Source of the DNA: Macrostomum lignano
Taxonomy: Eukaryota
Reading direction: 5' to 3'
Length of the DNA: 64,000 bases
Assembly (NCBI GenBank): GCA_002269645.1
Contig: NIVC01003482.1
Coordinates: 1 to 64,000, forward strand
Shown here: positions 14,762 to 27,514 of the stretch, one piece after another
Layout of the letters: the number at the start of each line of letters is the position of its first letter
Position numbering within the stretch: position 1 is the first letter of the stretch
Position numbers and translations under genes: made by a program
The notes under the pieces: model-generated
Databases searched by the model: none
What the model was told of the DNA's origin: nothing
Seen by the model: only the letters and a program-made list of their open reading frames with translations

Positions 14762-15668
14762 ATCATTCCCCCTTTAGCATGATTTCCCCTTTTAGCATCA
14801 TTCCCCCTTTAGCATCATTCCCCTTTTAGCATCATTCCCCCTTTAGCATGATTTCCCCTTTGGCATCATTCCCCATTTAGCATCATTCCCCTTTTAGCAT
14901 CATTCCCCATTTAGCATCATTCCCCCTTTAGCATCATTCCCCCTTTAGCAACCCTCCCCCTTTAGCATCATTCCCCCTTTAGCATCATTCCCCCTTTTGC
15001 AACCCTCCCCCTTTAGCAACCCTCCCCATTTAGCATCATTCCCCCTTTTGCAACCCTCCCCCTTTAGCAATCCTCCCCCTTTAGCAACCCTCCCCCTTTT
15101 AGCATCATTCCCCCTTTAGCATCATTCCCCCATTTAGCATCATTCCCCCTTTTAGCATTATTCCCCCTTTTAGCATCATTCCCCCTTTAGCAACCCTCCC
15201 CCTTTAGCAACCCTCCCCCTTTTAGCATCATCCCCCTTTTATCATCATTCCTCATTTTAGCATCATTCCCACTTTTAGCATCATTCCCCCTTTAGCATCA
15301 TTCCCCCTTTAGCATCATTCCCCCTTTTAGCATCATTCCCCATTTAGCATCATCCCCCTTTTAGCATCATTCCCACTTTTAGCATCATTCCCCCTTTAGC
15401 ACCATTCCCCCTTTAGCATCATTCCCCCTTTTAGCATCATTCCCCATTTAGCATCATCCCCCTTTTAGCATTATTCCCCCTTTTAGCATCATTCCCCCTT
15501 TAGCATCATTCCCCCTTTAGCATCATTCCCCCTTTAGCATCATTCCCCCTTTTAGCATCATTCCCCATTTAGCATCATCCCCCTTTTAGCATTATTCCCC
15601 CTTTTAGCATCATTCCCCCTTTAGCATCATTCCCCCTTTAGCATCATTCCCACTCAGCATCATTCCCT
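14762..15668. repeat. ~17-19-bp minisatellite (TTAGCATCATTCCCCCT)n
   Basis: Directly visible, with variable C/T run lengths. Confidence 0.95.
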
Positions 15669-15949
15669 TCTTACCTTAGCTCATATCGTATTGTTTGTAC
15701 AATTCTGGCTCAAAATCATATTTTGATGCAAAATAATTCAGTAGTTACAGCAGCGTAGGTACTAGGAAAATGGAGAAACCAACTTCTAGGATGAATTGTT
15801 TCTTGAATTTTTTACTTGAACCATGGCTGGTTCTCCTAGCCTGAATCCCAAGCCACTCTGGTAATTTGATAGAGCAGAAGTTTGATTTTATACATGTAAA
15901 ATGTACACGCGCCACGCGAGAGAGCCAAAAAGGAACGCAGGTAGCGATA

Positions 15950-16152
15950 AAAAAATTGATTACAACTGCCCTAATAGGAAGATTTGCAACCGACAGCTCA
16001 GCCGCAGCTATTGCGCGGCGCATCTGAAGGCTGCGAACGGCTGTTCAGTCCAAAGAATTGGGGGGGGGGGGGTCGCTACACACCCTCAATTATCCCAGCT
16101 AATGCTGGCACCCATTTTACAGCTGGGTGAATTGAAGCAAAGCAGAGTTAAG
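15950..16152 (-). mobile_element. CORE-like SINE family 1, 5'-truncated copy 2
   Basis: Reverse-complement match to about 3340-3530; breaks off at the 23-bp satellite. Confidence 0.75.
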
Positions 16153-16635
16153 TTGGCTCAATTGATCAGCTGTGTTTGGCTCAATTGATCAGCTGTGTTT
16201 GGCTCAATTGATCAGCTGTGTTTGGCTCAATTGATCAGCTGTGTTTGGCTCAATTGATCAGCTGTGTTTGGCTCAATTGATCAGCTGTGTTTGGCTCAAT
16301 TGATCAGCTGTGTTTGGCTCAATTGATCAGCTGTGTTTGGCTCAATTGATCAGCTGTGTTTGGCTCAATTGATCAGCTGTGTTTGGCTCAATTGATCAGC
16401 TGTGTTTGGCTCAATTGATCAGCTGTGTTTGGCTCAATTGATCAGCTGTGTTTGGCTCAATTGATCAGCTGTGTTTGGCTCAATTGATCAGCTGTGTTTG
16501 GCTCAATTGATCAGCTGTGTTTGGCTCAATTGATCAGCTGTGTTTGGCTCAATTGATCAGCTGTGTTTGGCTCAATCGATCAGCTGTGTTTGGCTCAATT
16601 GATCAGCTGTGTTTGGCTCAATCGATCAGCTGTTT
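16153..16635. repeat. 23-bp minisatellite (TTGGCTCAATTGATCAGCTGTGT)n, about 21 copies
   Basis: Near-perfect tandem copies. Confidence 0.97.
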
Positions 16636-17479
16636 AACTGACTTGGTCAGCTATTTGATGATTTTAAGCCCTGATATAATTTTCAACATTTCCGTTACTT
16701 TTACTAACGACTTCAAAGCAATGTACATAAGATTTATAGTTTTATAGATTTATAACAGTTGAAAATTCTTCTTTGCTAACGAAAAGCTCTATGAATATCA
16801 ATAGAGGTAAAAGAAAGACAAAAACTATCAAAAGATGAATATAGGATTTGTCACCTATGAAAAAGCGTTAATAGTTTTTGTGCTGTAACAGCAAATCCCT
16901 AGCTGTCTCCGTAAATTATTATTTAAAAAAAATACCGCCTAAAATTTTCCAAAAAACGTAGTTTCCCGTCCGGTGTCCTTCGTAGTCATTGGTTCCATAT
17001 TTACATAAGGATTCGTGCACCTTTCTCTTCAACTAATCTATCTAAGGTACCCGTCGGCGTTCCTCGCTAGAAAACATCATTGTTATTTACGATGAGTAAA
17101 TTTTTAGTGAATTTTGCCATCGAATTTAGGTTATATTACGAAAAATGGTAAAGTACCAATTAACCTGACGCTTATATGCAAAACAGCATAGCAGTGGAAA
17201 TTCGTGAGAAGAGTAAACATGAAAAAGGTAAACTAACGAAAGCGAATAGCTTAGGGCTTGTATTATACAAATTTTTAGTCGAAAAGCAGAACTCCCGCTG
17301 GGCTTTATTTGCTTGCAAATCTGTTTTCTATGGTAAAAGTTGTCCTGTTGAAATTTTTGACTTCTAATCAGCCTTGAATTCCCAATTTCTAACCGTAACT
17401 CAGCAGTTCTTCATTCGGACTAAAAAGATCCAAGCAACAAGATCCCAGGTACACAACAGCAAGCAAAACTTTTACGAGT

Positions 17480-20447
17480 ATGAAGAATTGGCAAATTACG
17501 CATTTACTGGCAGTTATCACACTGCTCATTGTCGGACTTTTGACGGGTGAGTTTTTCACCATATTTAAACACATTTTAAATGCAAACTGTAGTTGTTCAC
17601 ACAGAATATATCAGCTACTGTCGTTCAAAGCACAAAGCCGATCAGATCACAATCTTTTTGACTCAACCTATCATTCCTGATTTTTTTATTAAGGTCTTTA
17701 AGGCGTTGAGCTTTTAAGGTGAAGAACGGAAGATTTATTGCTAATTTTATTTTGTTCAAACCAAAATCTCTGCATAGCTTCAAACGGAGCACAGAGCCCT
17801 AGGCCTACGAATAGGACTTTTAAGCTTGAGGAAACTCCTAATGTGAATTACTTTATTGGTCATGGAGAGCTGAGTAGCAAGCACAACTATAAGCGCACTG
17901 TTAAGAAAAATGGACTTTAAATAGAACTTTTGACAGATTTATCCAACCTATCTGTACCATAAAACGCTTCCTTTTACAATGTCCGCATCTCAATACTTTG
18001 TTTTCAAGTACGAGCTATTTATGATCAACATTCACTAAATTAAGTGATGTTGATGTTGATGCTAAACGAGCCACTTTACCTGATATATTTTATCAGAATT
18101 TGAGGTTTTTCAAAGCTACTACTGCTAAATTCAACTTCTCATGCATTTTAGGCGCCGAGTCGCGTGATTATAAAGGGTAAGACCAGTCAGAGGCTTTAGT
18201 AGCCACTTATACTCATACCTTTGTTGCTCTTAACAGTAGAAATACCCACGCTATTTTCCCCCATGGGAAAAGACCACGGGGTGTATTACAAATACACACG
18301 ACCCATTTCACGATAGCTCGCAAACCGAATTACCCATTTTCCTAAAAGTCCACCTTATAAATCAAAATTTCCCGCCCTTTCTGACGAACTAACTTTCAAA
18401 GTCATTGGACGTCAGCATCGTCGAGATATTCAACGATTCTTTTCGAAGACACTGGTGGCAAGGACGACCCACACTACACTGTATAAGCCTTCATAGTGAA
18501 TCCATATTGGCTCAATGATCTGGGTCCATCCATCGTAGAGGCCTTTGTTCTCAGCACTCAAGGCACCAGGGTCCTCTTTATCACCGTCTGGAGCATCGGC
18601 GGCGACCATCGAGACCTTCGACAAAAGCACCTGATCGGCATCTCAGAGACGGCTGAAAACTGAAATGGAAGAATCCTCTTCTGCATGCAGCATTCAGTCA
18701 GTAGACTTAATCGGTGAATTAAATGGACGATAGCGACCCTCTAGGTTAACCTGTAGACATGCAGGCGACCTTTCGGACCTTCAACGGATACCACCACGCG
18801 GCCCTGACGAGCTGGCTCCCCCAACATCGTGATTTTTCCGACGGTCGCCGCCGATGCTCCAGACGGTGATGAAGGGGACCCTGTTGCCTAGAGTGCTGAG
18901 AACAAAGGCCTCTACGACTGATATGCATAGTTTGTTACTCCCACGTGGTTTCATAATGAGATTTTTCGAGCAGAAAAATTTTGCCAATGTTGGTGGTTTT
19001 TGCCACCAGACTCCCCTAGGAGAATCGTTTAATATCTCGACGATGCCGATTTTTCATGATTCTCGAAGTTCCTTCATCAAATAGAGCGGAAAACTTCGCC
19101 CGTGTTCTGGATTTTCATGGAAATTGGCACTTGAATATTTTTGGGGATCCAGACAAAGAAAAAATGTGTGTATTTGAAATACACTTCATGGTCTTTCTAC
19201 TCTTAAGTAAGCGAATACTGCAGCTAACAATGCATCACCACACTTGCTTCATTCAAGATACAAAAGAGGTTCCGCAGCGCTGCTAAAAAGTCCTAAAACA
19301 AAAGTGTCAAATGATCTCAAGCGGTATATGAACAGAGATGGAGCAAATTTCAAATATGAAGAAGTCACACTGTGCAATATATACATTAACAGAGATGAGC
19401 TGCTTGCCTGCCCAGAAAAGATCGATTTTTTGGTCAACGTTTCTTTCTCTGATGTGAACATCCCCAACAGCACGAAATCATTCTGTTGCAGTTACGGGTG
19501 CTGCAACAGTACCGAATTTAAGGAAGATCTGTCCTATATTTTAAAGAGAGACATAGCACTAATTGCAATTTTTTGGTGGTTACCAAACTTTGTACTACTT
19601 CTATTTTTTTTTATTTCGTATGTGTAAGTGAGTTCGAATCAATGTTTATTTATATTTGAATCAAGCTAGACATACGCTCGTAGAATATGATAGATGCAAT
19701 GGCAGTTTTAGTAAATCGGTTTTTTAGACACAAGTTTAGATAATGTAACACTTAACAAAAGCAATTTACCTGCTAATTGTTTCTATCTTCATCCAGGGAT
19801 TCGGATACCTTTGTGTCCGCTGCGCATATCCTTATCGTAATGATCGAGAGGAAAATATTGAATCCATGCGCAACCGATACGGCTCGTGTTTGTTTTGCAT
19901 GCTTGTGGTTATTTTATTTTGTCCGATGTTCTGCGTTGGATACTGTTTATTACTGATATGTGCCAACGGCGCCCTCGATGTCAGTAATGGAATGGACAAC
20001 TGTTGGAAATGCCTCTGCTCTTGTTGTACCAACAACTCAGCACAAACTACATATGCTGATACCAACAACTCAGCACCTCCACCACCAGCACAAACTACCT
20101 CTGCTGATACCAACAACTCAGCACCTCCACCACCAGCACAAACTACATCTGCTGATACCAACAACTCAGCACCTCCACCACCAGCACAAACTACATCTGC
20201 TGACACCAACAACTCAGCACCTCCACCACCAGCACCAACTACATCTGCTGACACCAACAACTCAGCACCTCCACCACCAGCACAAACTACCTCTGCTGAT
20301 ACCAACAACTCAGCACCTCCACCACCAGCACCAACTACATCTGCTGACAACAACAACTCAGCACCTCCACCACCAGCACCAACTACCTCTGCTAATACCA
20401 ACATCTCAGCACCAGTGGTCGCAACTACGCCAGCTGCTAACAACTAA
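17480..20447 (+). CDS. STMC6/Shisa-like paralog D (second subfamily); last splice junction unresolved
   Basis: Exons 17480-17546 (MKNWQITHLLAVITLLIVGLLT, phase 1), 18152-18176 (25 nt, ends DYKG), 19258-~19620 (C..LACP..KSFCC..GCC, TM), and a probable last exon 19797-20447 (Cys-rich hydrophobic segment plus 7x 16-aa repeat). The donors near 19618/19623 are phase 2, while the long frame after the 19796 acceptor is phase 0, so a 1-nt indel or sequencing error is implied. Confidence 0.65.
18234..19202. mobile_element. 969-bp non-autonomous DNA transposon with TTAA target-site duplication
   Basis: TTAA at 18230-18233 and 19203-19206; imperfect TIRs CAGTAGAAATACC / GGTCTTTCTACTC; the paralogous intron of gene F reads GCTCTTAAGTAAGCG with a single TTAA (empty site). 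Confidence 0.85.
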
Positions 20448-20899
20448 TCGACAGATGTCAAACTACGCATGCTACAGCTTACAATTCAGTATTGTTATAA
20501 CTAAATAATAGTTTGACGAAAGTGGATGCATTGCTCTGAAAAGTAACAACACTGAAAGAACCGAACCTATATTGATGTGATATAACGTATCACGGACGCT
20601 CCTACTACAATTTATTTAATACTCCAAAGCAAAGCAAAATATACCTAATCCGGCTGCACTTTACCTGCAATGTCATCAGTGATGTCGTTTTGGCATGTTT
20701 TTTTAATTTCTTTCAGCTAGACAAAATCTTACAGCATGTCCTCAGCTTATCTGTTAATAGTTTGATGATGCCCTAATACGAGCAGTCCATGGGCATGGTA
20801 TGAATAATGGAAAAATTTCATGACACTATAGGGAGTTGATATTGAACAGTTTTTTTATTTTTAGACAGAATGCCTCGACTAATTTTTAATGGACCGGTT

Positions 20900-21307
20900 T
20901 GTGCGGTGCAGTTCCGAGATCGAGTCCATCGCATCCTGCTTCCGAAGTTCCCCGCCTGCCCCGCGCTCTGCCCGGTAGTGGCGATTCGCCGACTTCTGTG
21001 GGTCAACAAGCTGGCAATAGCCGAGGCGCCACTCTGGTCCTTCATCGATCGCAATGGACAGCGGCGCCATCTACCCCCTAGGGACCTGGACCGGTTTCTT
21101 GACTCTAAGCTGCAGAGGGCTGGGTGTGGCGGCAAGCTCTACTCGACTCACAGCCTGCGCCCAGGTGGGGCCACCTGGGCAGCTCACATGGGCCTGCCGG
21201 TGGCGGAGAACCATCGGATCGGCGACTGGAAGAGTTCGGCGGTGGAGCGCTACTTGCCCAACTCGGGTGTTGCTGCGGCCTCTCTGCGTTTTTTCTTCCG
21301 CCCTTAG
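20900..21307 (+). mobile_element. Tyrosine recombinase C-terminal fragment of a DIRS/Ngaro-type retrotransposon
   Basis: LCPVVA...YSTHSLRPGGATWA...IGDWKSSAVERY matches the YR H-x-x-R, G-x-W and catalytic Y motifs typical of eukaryotic YR elements; the N-terminal part is missing. Confidence 0.85.
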
Positions 21308-21469
21308 TGCTCATTTTTGACGGTGCTCTTCCTGCTGATTTATTTTTTGCTCAAAGGCTAGCTGCTGCTCTTATCCCCCGTTGTGTTTGGCTTTGGAGGC
21401 CTGCTTCGTTTCTGTGCCAAGTTCGTGTTTTAATGCCTTTGTTGCTGGAAGCACTAATGGACTGGTTTG

Positions 21470-21835
21470 TGCGGCGCCCAGTGGTCTTTTGGTCTTCATA
21501 CACCAGCGGCCCAGGCTCGATTCCACGTGCAGTCAAGTTAATTTGGTGCTAAATTGGAATCTCGGCTTAGCTCCGCTCGTATGCAACTAACTCAATTGAG
21601 AGCCAACCACCAAGGCACAGTGAAGTCAGTGAAGTGTACATGCCAAAACGGTACGAGTACGAAAAGTTAGGATTGGCTGAACACTCCTGTGTTGAATGTT
21701 TGCCAACGCGTATGACTGCGTACGAATCCGCGTGCAATTTTGTGCCTGCGCAGGTGAGTCAGCAAAATGGGCAGCAATTCCTCTCGCTGGCTGTGTGTGA
21801 CAACGTTGTTTAAAGTGCGTTAGGGTGTGCCGTGC
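21470..21835 (+). mobile_element. tRNA-derived SINE family 2, copy 1
   Basis: CCCAGGCTCGATTCC B-box-like motif; about 330 bp colinear with the reverse complement of 24780-25130. Confidence 0.65.
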
Positions 21836-22145
21836 CCGCCAGTTTCGTCTATGGTTAATGCTTAGTCGCGTCGTCGAAACGATGAGACAACGCAGCCCTG
21901 CCTATGGATTCTCGGCATTACAGTAGTCATTCATGATGATCAAGATGAAACAAAACAAATTTCAAACAAATACACAAACTGGGCATTTTGATTCTGATAA
22001 GTCAATTGTATAGAAAGATTGCCATAGACTGAGTTCAATGAGAAAAAAAGCTAAAACAAAAAAATCTAACCAGCTAATGTTAGTCAGCTTAAGTTGAACA
22101 GCTGCTGTAGCCCAACAACCGTTGCAAAGCACACCTAAAAGTCTC

Positions 22146-23833
22146 ATGATGAGTTGGCGGATCAACTGTTTACCTGCAGCTGTCGTACTACTCATAGGCG
22201 GATGTTTAATGGGTAAGTTTTCCGCGACATAATTTAAATTTATCTTGTATTGCATGCTCTGCTCTTTATTAATTAGTATGTTTCCTGAGTTATAAAATAC
22301 TTCAGATTCTGTTTTATGAATTTTTCATAATCCAGAGATTTACGACCCCCGAAAACCCCCCCCCCCTATTATAGCGACGAAATTATAATCCTATATTAGT
22401 ATTAAAATCGCAGATATTACTTATTTGTCTATTTCATAAACCTACACTACGAGTAAAACAAGTCTTCAGCAGTTGTCCTGTCCACCCTTCCGGCTGCATC
22501 TCTTGTCCTGGACAGGGACTTCAGCTAGCTCTGGGATCAGATTAGAAAGCCCTGGCCCGGGGTCCTTGGGGGCCCACAGCCTCAGCATTTATTGGCCTGA
22601 ACTTCAATAGATTGCTCAGACTTTCAATGAAGATTAGGTCAGTAAGTTCATCCAGTGTTTTTTAAAAATCCTCTCAGCACTAAACTCCCGCCATTCCTTT
22701 TCTTCTGATGCAACGAAAACCAAGGATTTTAGATGCTGACCAAATTTTCAAGTAGGCCTTGTCGCCAATTCATGCTATTGCGATTCTGCTGCATTGAAAT
22801 TCCCAGCTAACTTTTACGTAGGAACTACGTACATGTAGAGTTACCAGCAGTGCAATATAAAACGCCAAGAAATTCTTCGAAAAGTATTTTCCTATGCTTA
22901 TACGTATAACTTCTGATCAATTTTAGGCGGCGTCTGTTCGAAAGATTATAAAGGGTAAGACTTGCAATGTCTTTATTAGCCACTACCTTTTTATTTTTAA
23001 ATTAGGCATTACTGTATTATTTAACTATCTTTATCTCATTCCACTTTAGAGGCAAAAGAGGTTCAGCAGAGCTGCTCAAAGGTGACAAAGTAAAGGTGTC
23101 CGAAAGTCTCAGGCAGTATATGGACAGAGATGGAACCAATTTTAAATATGACGAAGTCACAGTGTGCGAACTAAAGAATTCAGAGCTACAGGCCTGCCCT
23201 GATAAGGTTGACTATTTGGTCAACGTTCCCTTTTCTGAAGTGAGCTCTAAAGCCAGCACGAGATCCCACTGCTGCGAGTCTTCGTGCTGCACTGCTGATG
23301 TCCAATTTGCGTTGAAATTAATAAGTGACGATAGTCGGTCACGCTACACATTACTTGTTGTATCAGTAGTTTTACCCTTTGCCATTTTAATGCTCACCGT
23401 TTTATGCCGACTGTGTGGTGTAAGTCAACGCGAATCTTATGTTTGGGTTTGAATTCTCGTAGGGGTAGAGGCATATAGATTTCAGACCAAATATTTATAT
23501 AATGGCAAGAATTCTAGATCCTTAACTTGCGTCCTAAGATCAGGGCAATAGCTTTCAGAATTATTGACTATTCTGGGTTATTATAGCATCAATAGTGCCA
23601 TATACCTGTAGCTACTGTGCTTATCTGGTGTAAATACTTAACAAAGTGAATATAAATCAACTAATTTCCTTTCTTTATGCAGCTACTTATATACTGCTGT
23701 AGCGATCCGGATGCGAAAAATGAACGTATTGCCGATTGTTATGGGAATACTTCTAAATTTTGGAAAGATTCATTAACATTTATCCTAATGCATCGGGAAA
23801 ATCTGTTTTGGAAGACAAAAAGTAAAACTGGAG
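22146..23833 (+). CDS. STMC6/Shisa-like paralog E (second subfamily); terminal exon uncertain
   Basis: Exons 22146-22212 (MMSWRINCLPAAVVLLIGGCLM, phase 1), 22927-22954 (28 nt, ends DYKG), 23050-23419 (C..LQACP..RSHCC..SCC, TM, phase-0 GTAAGT), 23683-23833 (LLIYCC..., phase-1 GTAAGT). A further exon near 23890-23970 is likely; the downstream flank (24040-24190) resembles that of paralog D (20480-20630). Confidence 0.75.
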
Positions 23834-24459
23834 GTAAGTAAAATAGTATTGTGCGTTCTATTAGTATTTATAACATTAGAATAACATCAGCAGTGTCAAA
23901 AGCCTCTCATAATACCACAACATTCCACCCCCAGCAGCGACTTCAACAGCTTCTACTGATGCAAGCAGTTCGCCATAAGCTGCAGAGCTCGCTAAAAACT
24001 AATTTGACAAATGGTCAAACTATACGTATAACCTAAAATTCAGTATTGAACGTACAGCTGAAAAAACTATTTGGAGAAAGTCGACGTATTGCTCCGAAAA
24101 AATGTAACGACGCTGAAAGCACCGAACCTAATATTGATTTTTATAACGTATACCGAATTTATCACTACTTTAATTTATTTACGAGTATTACTCCACGGCA
24201 AAACAAAATACAACTATCCACCTGCACTTTTGCAAGCTCATCTACGAGTATGACGTCGCAAAACAAGTAATTTATTTGTTATTTTTTATACATATATAAA
24301 ATAACCACTAACCAAACCTACTTAACCTACTATAATACCTTACAAAACATTATGGTACATTTTGGATAGCTTTTTTAAATGTAAAGGTATCGTATCTATT
24401 CATTTAAGCAAAAAACTTTGATCAATATGAAACTATGAAGCTACATATGTAAGCGTATG

Positions 24460-24693
<234 letters not shown>

Positions 24694-24769
24694 TTCGTTA
24701 ATTCTTTTAGGTTCACGGAGTCTGGCAAAAGGTGTAAGCGTAAAAAACGGGGTTGGGGATTTTTTTATT

Positions 24770-25130
24770 TATTTTTTTTTTTAGAGGCAGGGGGGTTGTG
24801 TGCACCCTGGCGCACTTTAAGCGACATAGGCACACAACCGGCGAGAGGCATTACTGCCCATTCCGCCGACTCCCCTGAGCAGGCATACAAGCGCGCGGAT
24901 GCGTTACGCAGGCACACACTCACACAGGAGTGTACAGCGGCCCTAACTTTATCAATTGTTAGGCATGTACACTTCACTGCGCCTTGAAGGGTTGGCTCTC
25001 AAGGCCGTTAATTGCACAAGCGAGCCAAGCCGAAATTCCAATTCAGCCCCAAATTAATGTGGCTGCACTTGGAATCGAGCCTGGGTCGCGGCACACCAGA
25101 GCAGCTGCGCTACCGCTGGGCTACGGCCCC
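24770..25130 (-). mobile_element. tRNA-derived SINE family 2, copy 2 (with A-rich tail)
   Basis: Minus-strand head GGGCCGTAGCCCAGCGG (A-box)...GGCTCGATTCC (B-box-like), body shared with 21470-21835, A-rich 3' tail. Confidence 0.7.
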
Positions 25131-25718
25131 CGGGGTTGGGGATAATGCAAGAGTTATTGTTCACCTTGTGGCGAATGTCATGAGAAATGAGTTGAATTGA
25201 AATTGTGAGAAGTCAATGGCTATTGGCTCTTGACGAAGAATAATCGAATATAATTGACAGTCAGTCAGTTACACTATTATGTCTAAACTTGCCAGATTAT
25301 AGGAGTTAGAAATCTGAAGATTTAACCATAGTAAACCATAGTAATCTCTCTACCCCAAAATTTATCGCATGGTTACACGCGTACAACTAGGGGACTTTGA
25401 TTTTTTCATCAAATTTAGGTTATCTGTGTATATACGCATTCTGTGTATAGCAGTGGAAATTTGAGAAAAGTAAACTTAAGAAAGTAAAACTAACGTAAGC
25501 AAAGGACTTGTAGCTACGCTCGCATTATACGAATTTTGGTTGAAAAACAGAACTCCCGCTGAACTTTGTTTTCTATGGTAAATGTTGACCTGTTTCAACG
25601 AAAATGTTTATTTTAGCTTTTTATTCCTAATTTCGAAGTGTAACTCAGCAGTTCTTCATTCGGACTAAAAATATCCTAGCAAAAAGATCGCAGGTACAAA
25701 AAAGCGAGCAAAAATTTT

Positions 25719-26592
25719 ATGAAGAATTGAGAAATTACTCATTTACTGGAATTTATCGCACTGCTCTTTGTCGAACTTTTGACGGGTGAGTTTTTCACTA
25801 TATTTAAACACATTGCGACGACAAGGACAACTAAAGCAACGTATATACAGCTGGACGCGACACTCACGTTTCATAGAGAAAGTTTTGGAGGCCACTTTTC
25901 GCCGGAAAATACACGGAGATTAGGAAGTTTTCATTAGGAAGAGATTAGGAAGAGATGATAAAACAACATTCACTAAATTAAATGACGTTGATGATGCTAA
26001 ACGAGCCACTTTACCTGATACTGTGATCAGAATACTGTGATTTGAGGTTTTTCAATGCCACTACTGCTTCATTCAACTTCTCACGCATTTTAGGCGCCGA
26101 CTCGCGTGATTATAAAGGGTAAGACCAGGCAGAGGTTCTAGTAGCCACTACCTAATTGTTGCTCTTAAGTAAGCGAATACTGCATTTAGCAATGCATCAC
26201 CACCCTTGCTTCATTCAAGATACAAAAGAGGTTCCGCAGCGCTGCTAAAAAGTCCTAGAACAAAAGTGTCGAATAATCTCAGGCGGTATATGAACAGAGA
26301 TGGATCAAATTTCAAATATGAAGAAGTCACACTGTGCAGATTTTGCACTAATGAGCTGCAGGCCTGCCCAGATAAAGTTTATTATTTGATCAACATTTCT
26401 TTCTCTGATGTAAACATCCGCAACGGCACGAAATCGTTCTGTTGCAGTTCCGAGTGCTGCAACAGTAGCGAATTTAAGAAAGATCTGTCCTATTTTTTAA
26501 AGAGAGACATACTACTAATTGCCCTTTTTGGTGGTCACCAAACTTTGTACTACTTCTATTTTTTATTTATTGTATTACGTATGTGTAAATGA
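25719..26592 (+). pseudogene. STMC6/Shisa-like paralog F, pseudogene (recent duplicate of D)
   Basis: Exons 25719-25785, 26094-26118 and 26220-~26580 are closely similar to D, but codon 4 is TGA (25728-25730) where D has TGG; 1-nt offset relative to D in the TM region; no copy of D's last exon is evident downstream. Confidence 0.8.
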
Positions 26593-27514
26593 GTTCGAAT
26601 CATATGTTGATTTATATTTGAATCAAGCTAGATATATAGAACAAGATAGATATAGAATGGCATACGTTTCAGTAAATCGTGTTTTTATGCAATATCTTGT
26701 AAATGAACAAAACGGAAGAACCATTAAGACTAAAGTACCAGCTACACGAAAAGAGTTAATAATAAATGTCACAGCTAGTGTAGTTTATCAGTTTGTAGTC
26801 GAAATTTGACAATTTAAAAATCAATTTGTCACCCAAAGTGAAACATGCACAGTTCTCAAAGCCGCAGTTTCCAAAGATGCTCGACACTTTAGCCTGATGA
26901 TTTGGCACTGCAAAAGGAGTTGGTCTATGTTGAATGTTTTCTATGAAAGAGAAATACAGGTGCTCAAGTATAGTTGCCGAACTTACCATTTGAAAGATGC
27001 ACGTCTTGGTTAAGTTGGCATGCGACTGATGAGCTTCGTCTGATGAGCTTCTTTGGTACCGCAGTATCCAAACTGGGATTCTTTGGGACTGTCGGCTGCT
27101 CGACTGAATCGATTGGCCGCTTTCAGGCATCGTTTATAGCCGTCGAGGCGTTGAAGACTGCATGGTCGCGTTTTCTTCCTAGGTAGCGCCGCACGGTTCG
27201 TTCAGTCGTCGACAGGAAAATTTTTTTCAATTAATAAGCGCGACTGTTTGACGAGATGCACTATAGCCATAGTAGTTGTTTGACAAGACAAATAGCTTTT
27301 TCTCCCACTACTCGCTTTCCTTATTTCTTGCAAGACGCAAGCAAAATCAGCACTCATCACAGTGTTGTCTATGGTCAAACTAAGCCACACAACTCAGTCG
27401 TCTATGGGTAAAACAACTCTTAAAACAGCCAATTGAAGCATGATAAAAAGTGTGGAATAATGACAGCGACAAAAGTGTCGAATAATGGCCGCAAAAGTGT
27501 GGAATAATGTTAGA

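Noticed and set aside
25060-25130. tRNA gene calls here and at 3255-3310
   Set aside because: No complete cloverleaf; both continue into dispersed repeat bodies, so they are SINE heads.
26800-27400. Transposase fragment on the minus strand (LSTTERTVRRYLG, HTH-like)
   Set aside because: A single short motif amid stops, with no catalytic motifs found.
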